Positions 61,915-63,682 of a DNA stretch of 63,682 nt are shown here, one piece after another. The stretch covers positions 1 to 63,682 of the forward strand of contig KZ538533.1 in assembly GCA_000934665.2 (NCBI GenBank), given 5' to 3'. The number at the start of each line of letters is the position of its first letter. The first letter of the stretch is position 1. Position numbers and translations under genes: made by a program. The stretch is from Catajapyx aquilonaris (Eukaryota). A model generated the notes under the pieces. The model had not been told where the DNA came from and did not search any database. It was given only the letters and a program-made list of their open reading frames with translations.

Positions 61915-62137
61915 TTAATATATAAGTCTCCGCCATGGAGGTAATTTGGCGCTGGCACGCCCACCATAGGAATCTATTGGTTCGGGTTGGTTCGGGTTGG
62001 CCGCCTTCCAAACCAACCCAAACCATCCTTCCCTCTGAGGGCATTCGAAGACTAGGATTTGGATGGCTGGCGGCGGTAGATCCCTGTGGGGGGGCACCAG
62101 CGCCTAATTCCCTGCATGGCGGAGACTTCTCTATTAA
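61915..62137. mobile_element. MITE-like inverted-repeat element, ~220 bp
   Basis: TTAATATATAAGTCTCCGCCATG...AATTTGGCGCTGG / CCAGCGCCTAATT...CATGGCGGAGACTTCTCTATTAA. Confidence 0.7.
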
Positions 62138-63682
62138 CCCAGATATGCCTGGAAAAGTTTTTGTTGAATATTTGAACTTTTTTTGTTTCTATTAGTTCAT
62201 ATTAGTTCCCAAAACACAAAAATTGAGATGAAACATTTTTCTGAATTCTTGTTTGCGAGAAAATGGCTGTTCCCTATAATTATGGGATGCTAGGAAAATG
62301 TAACCTACTATGGCTATAGCAGTTGTTGATTTCATTACCATGGCAACAGTGACATTCAGCAATATCCATAGTTTCATAATATCACCAATGATTGATTGTT
62401 GTCGATTGCATTACCACGGAAACAGGCCGTGCAAAGAAGGGGTTGTGATTGAGTAACAATCAACAACAATCAAGGATTGTTGCAACTGTTGCCATGTTAA
62501 CCAATTGCCATGTAATCTCGTTTTAATTGTATGGGTTCGTTAAAATACAGTAGTTCAACAAAGAGTACAAAATCCACAGACATACTTTACTTGTCCAAAT
62601 GTGGGTTCATTTGCCTCTTGCGTTCCCCAGAAGGGACACCAGATTTCAACACTACTCTCAGACAAGGAAAGTAAAAAATATTTCTATATTTCCACATCGA
62701 CATCATTCATCATTCATAAGTTTTCTAAGTATTACAAACAAAAAATAACTCATAATGCTAATCAACATTCGAGAATTAATTACTAATCGTCTTCGGAACG
62801 TGGAGGTGCAGCCATTATTTCCTGAGTTAAAATTCAAACACCTGTATCTTAAAAATCTGAAGCAATATTGAGCAGGTTTGAACTTGTATAGTTAGCTGGG
62901 ACTCTACTGAAGCCCCCATCACTACTGCCAGCTCTTTAGCAGCAGAAGAACCTGCGCAAAAAATTAAAATGTAACAACTGTGCAGGTGTCCCCTGTAGGG
63001 GACACTCGGCATATCTGGGTTAAACAACTGTATCATATGTGTGTGAGGGGGCTGGGTTGGTCATATGAATTCCTTTGCTCCAATTAGGATGCCACAACGG
63101 GAAGTTTCTTGCTGACTGTTCTTACCATTTGTTCACATCAGTGCATAAGAATTGCAAGACCTACGTAATTGCCCATGGCACAATACATCACCAGTAGCAG
63201 TCAGTGTCGTAGATTGCCGAGAAAAATGGCATTAGCATTACTTGAAGGAAATCATGATATACATTAGGAATAATTGGGATACTATATTTTATATTGATTT
63301 GAATGTCAATTTTATATGCATTCACTTTTTGCGATAGACATTTACTGTAGTGGATTTTCCATGTGAATTGCCACGACTGATGTGATGAGCGACTGTCCGG
63401 ATACAACAACACAACTTGAAGGGAATAAATGTGATTATGTTTAGATATGCACAATAAAGAGATATTTCCTTCTGAGTCAATGAGTTGATATCGGCGCGCT
63501 CCCCATTGCATATGCGCGCGCATGTGTCCATGAGTACCATCTGTGTCCGCAGCAGTGTTTTGTGGCGCCACTGTCGCTGTACACTCCGCGTATTCCTTAA
63601 CCCTACCTCGGCTCAACTGGCGCTTCCGAATGCGCATCACCGCTCTCCCGCCGTGACGTCACATGCGTGACGTCACATGTGG

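Noticed and set aside
62827..63682. Minus-strand ORF fragments and tandem GTGACGTCACATG at the window end
   Set aside because: No recognisable product or consistent exon chain. Truncated by the window edge and cannot be told apart from a repeat end.

Overview
Eukaryotic genomic DNA, most likely from an arthropod (inferred from Ptp69D-, maverick- and insect-type Idh3g-like sequences), with short GT-AG introns. Gene order: 3' end of an EFCAB10-like gene (+); IDH3 gamma (-), head-to-head with host cell factor HCF (+); a gene-poor stretch holding a possible degenerate spliced cystine-knot gene (-); a maverick-type TGF-beta ligand (-); a Ptp69D-type receptor tyrosine phosphatase (+); EFCAB7 (+); and SARAF/TMEM66 (+). 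Introns and intergenic DNA carry several MITE/foldback families, two tRNA-derived SINEs, an (AAT)n microsatellite, a palindromic 58-bp tandem array and assembly gaps. Most notable: a 233-aa Gly-Asn-Pro/His repeat inside HCF, the Idh3g-Hcf-mav linkage, a hidden phase-consistent multi-exon locus at 19.2-23.3 kb, two GC-AG introns, and alternative C-termini plus a candidate microexon in Idh3g. Exon coordinates were read by eye and homologies are from recalled family motifs, not from database searches.
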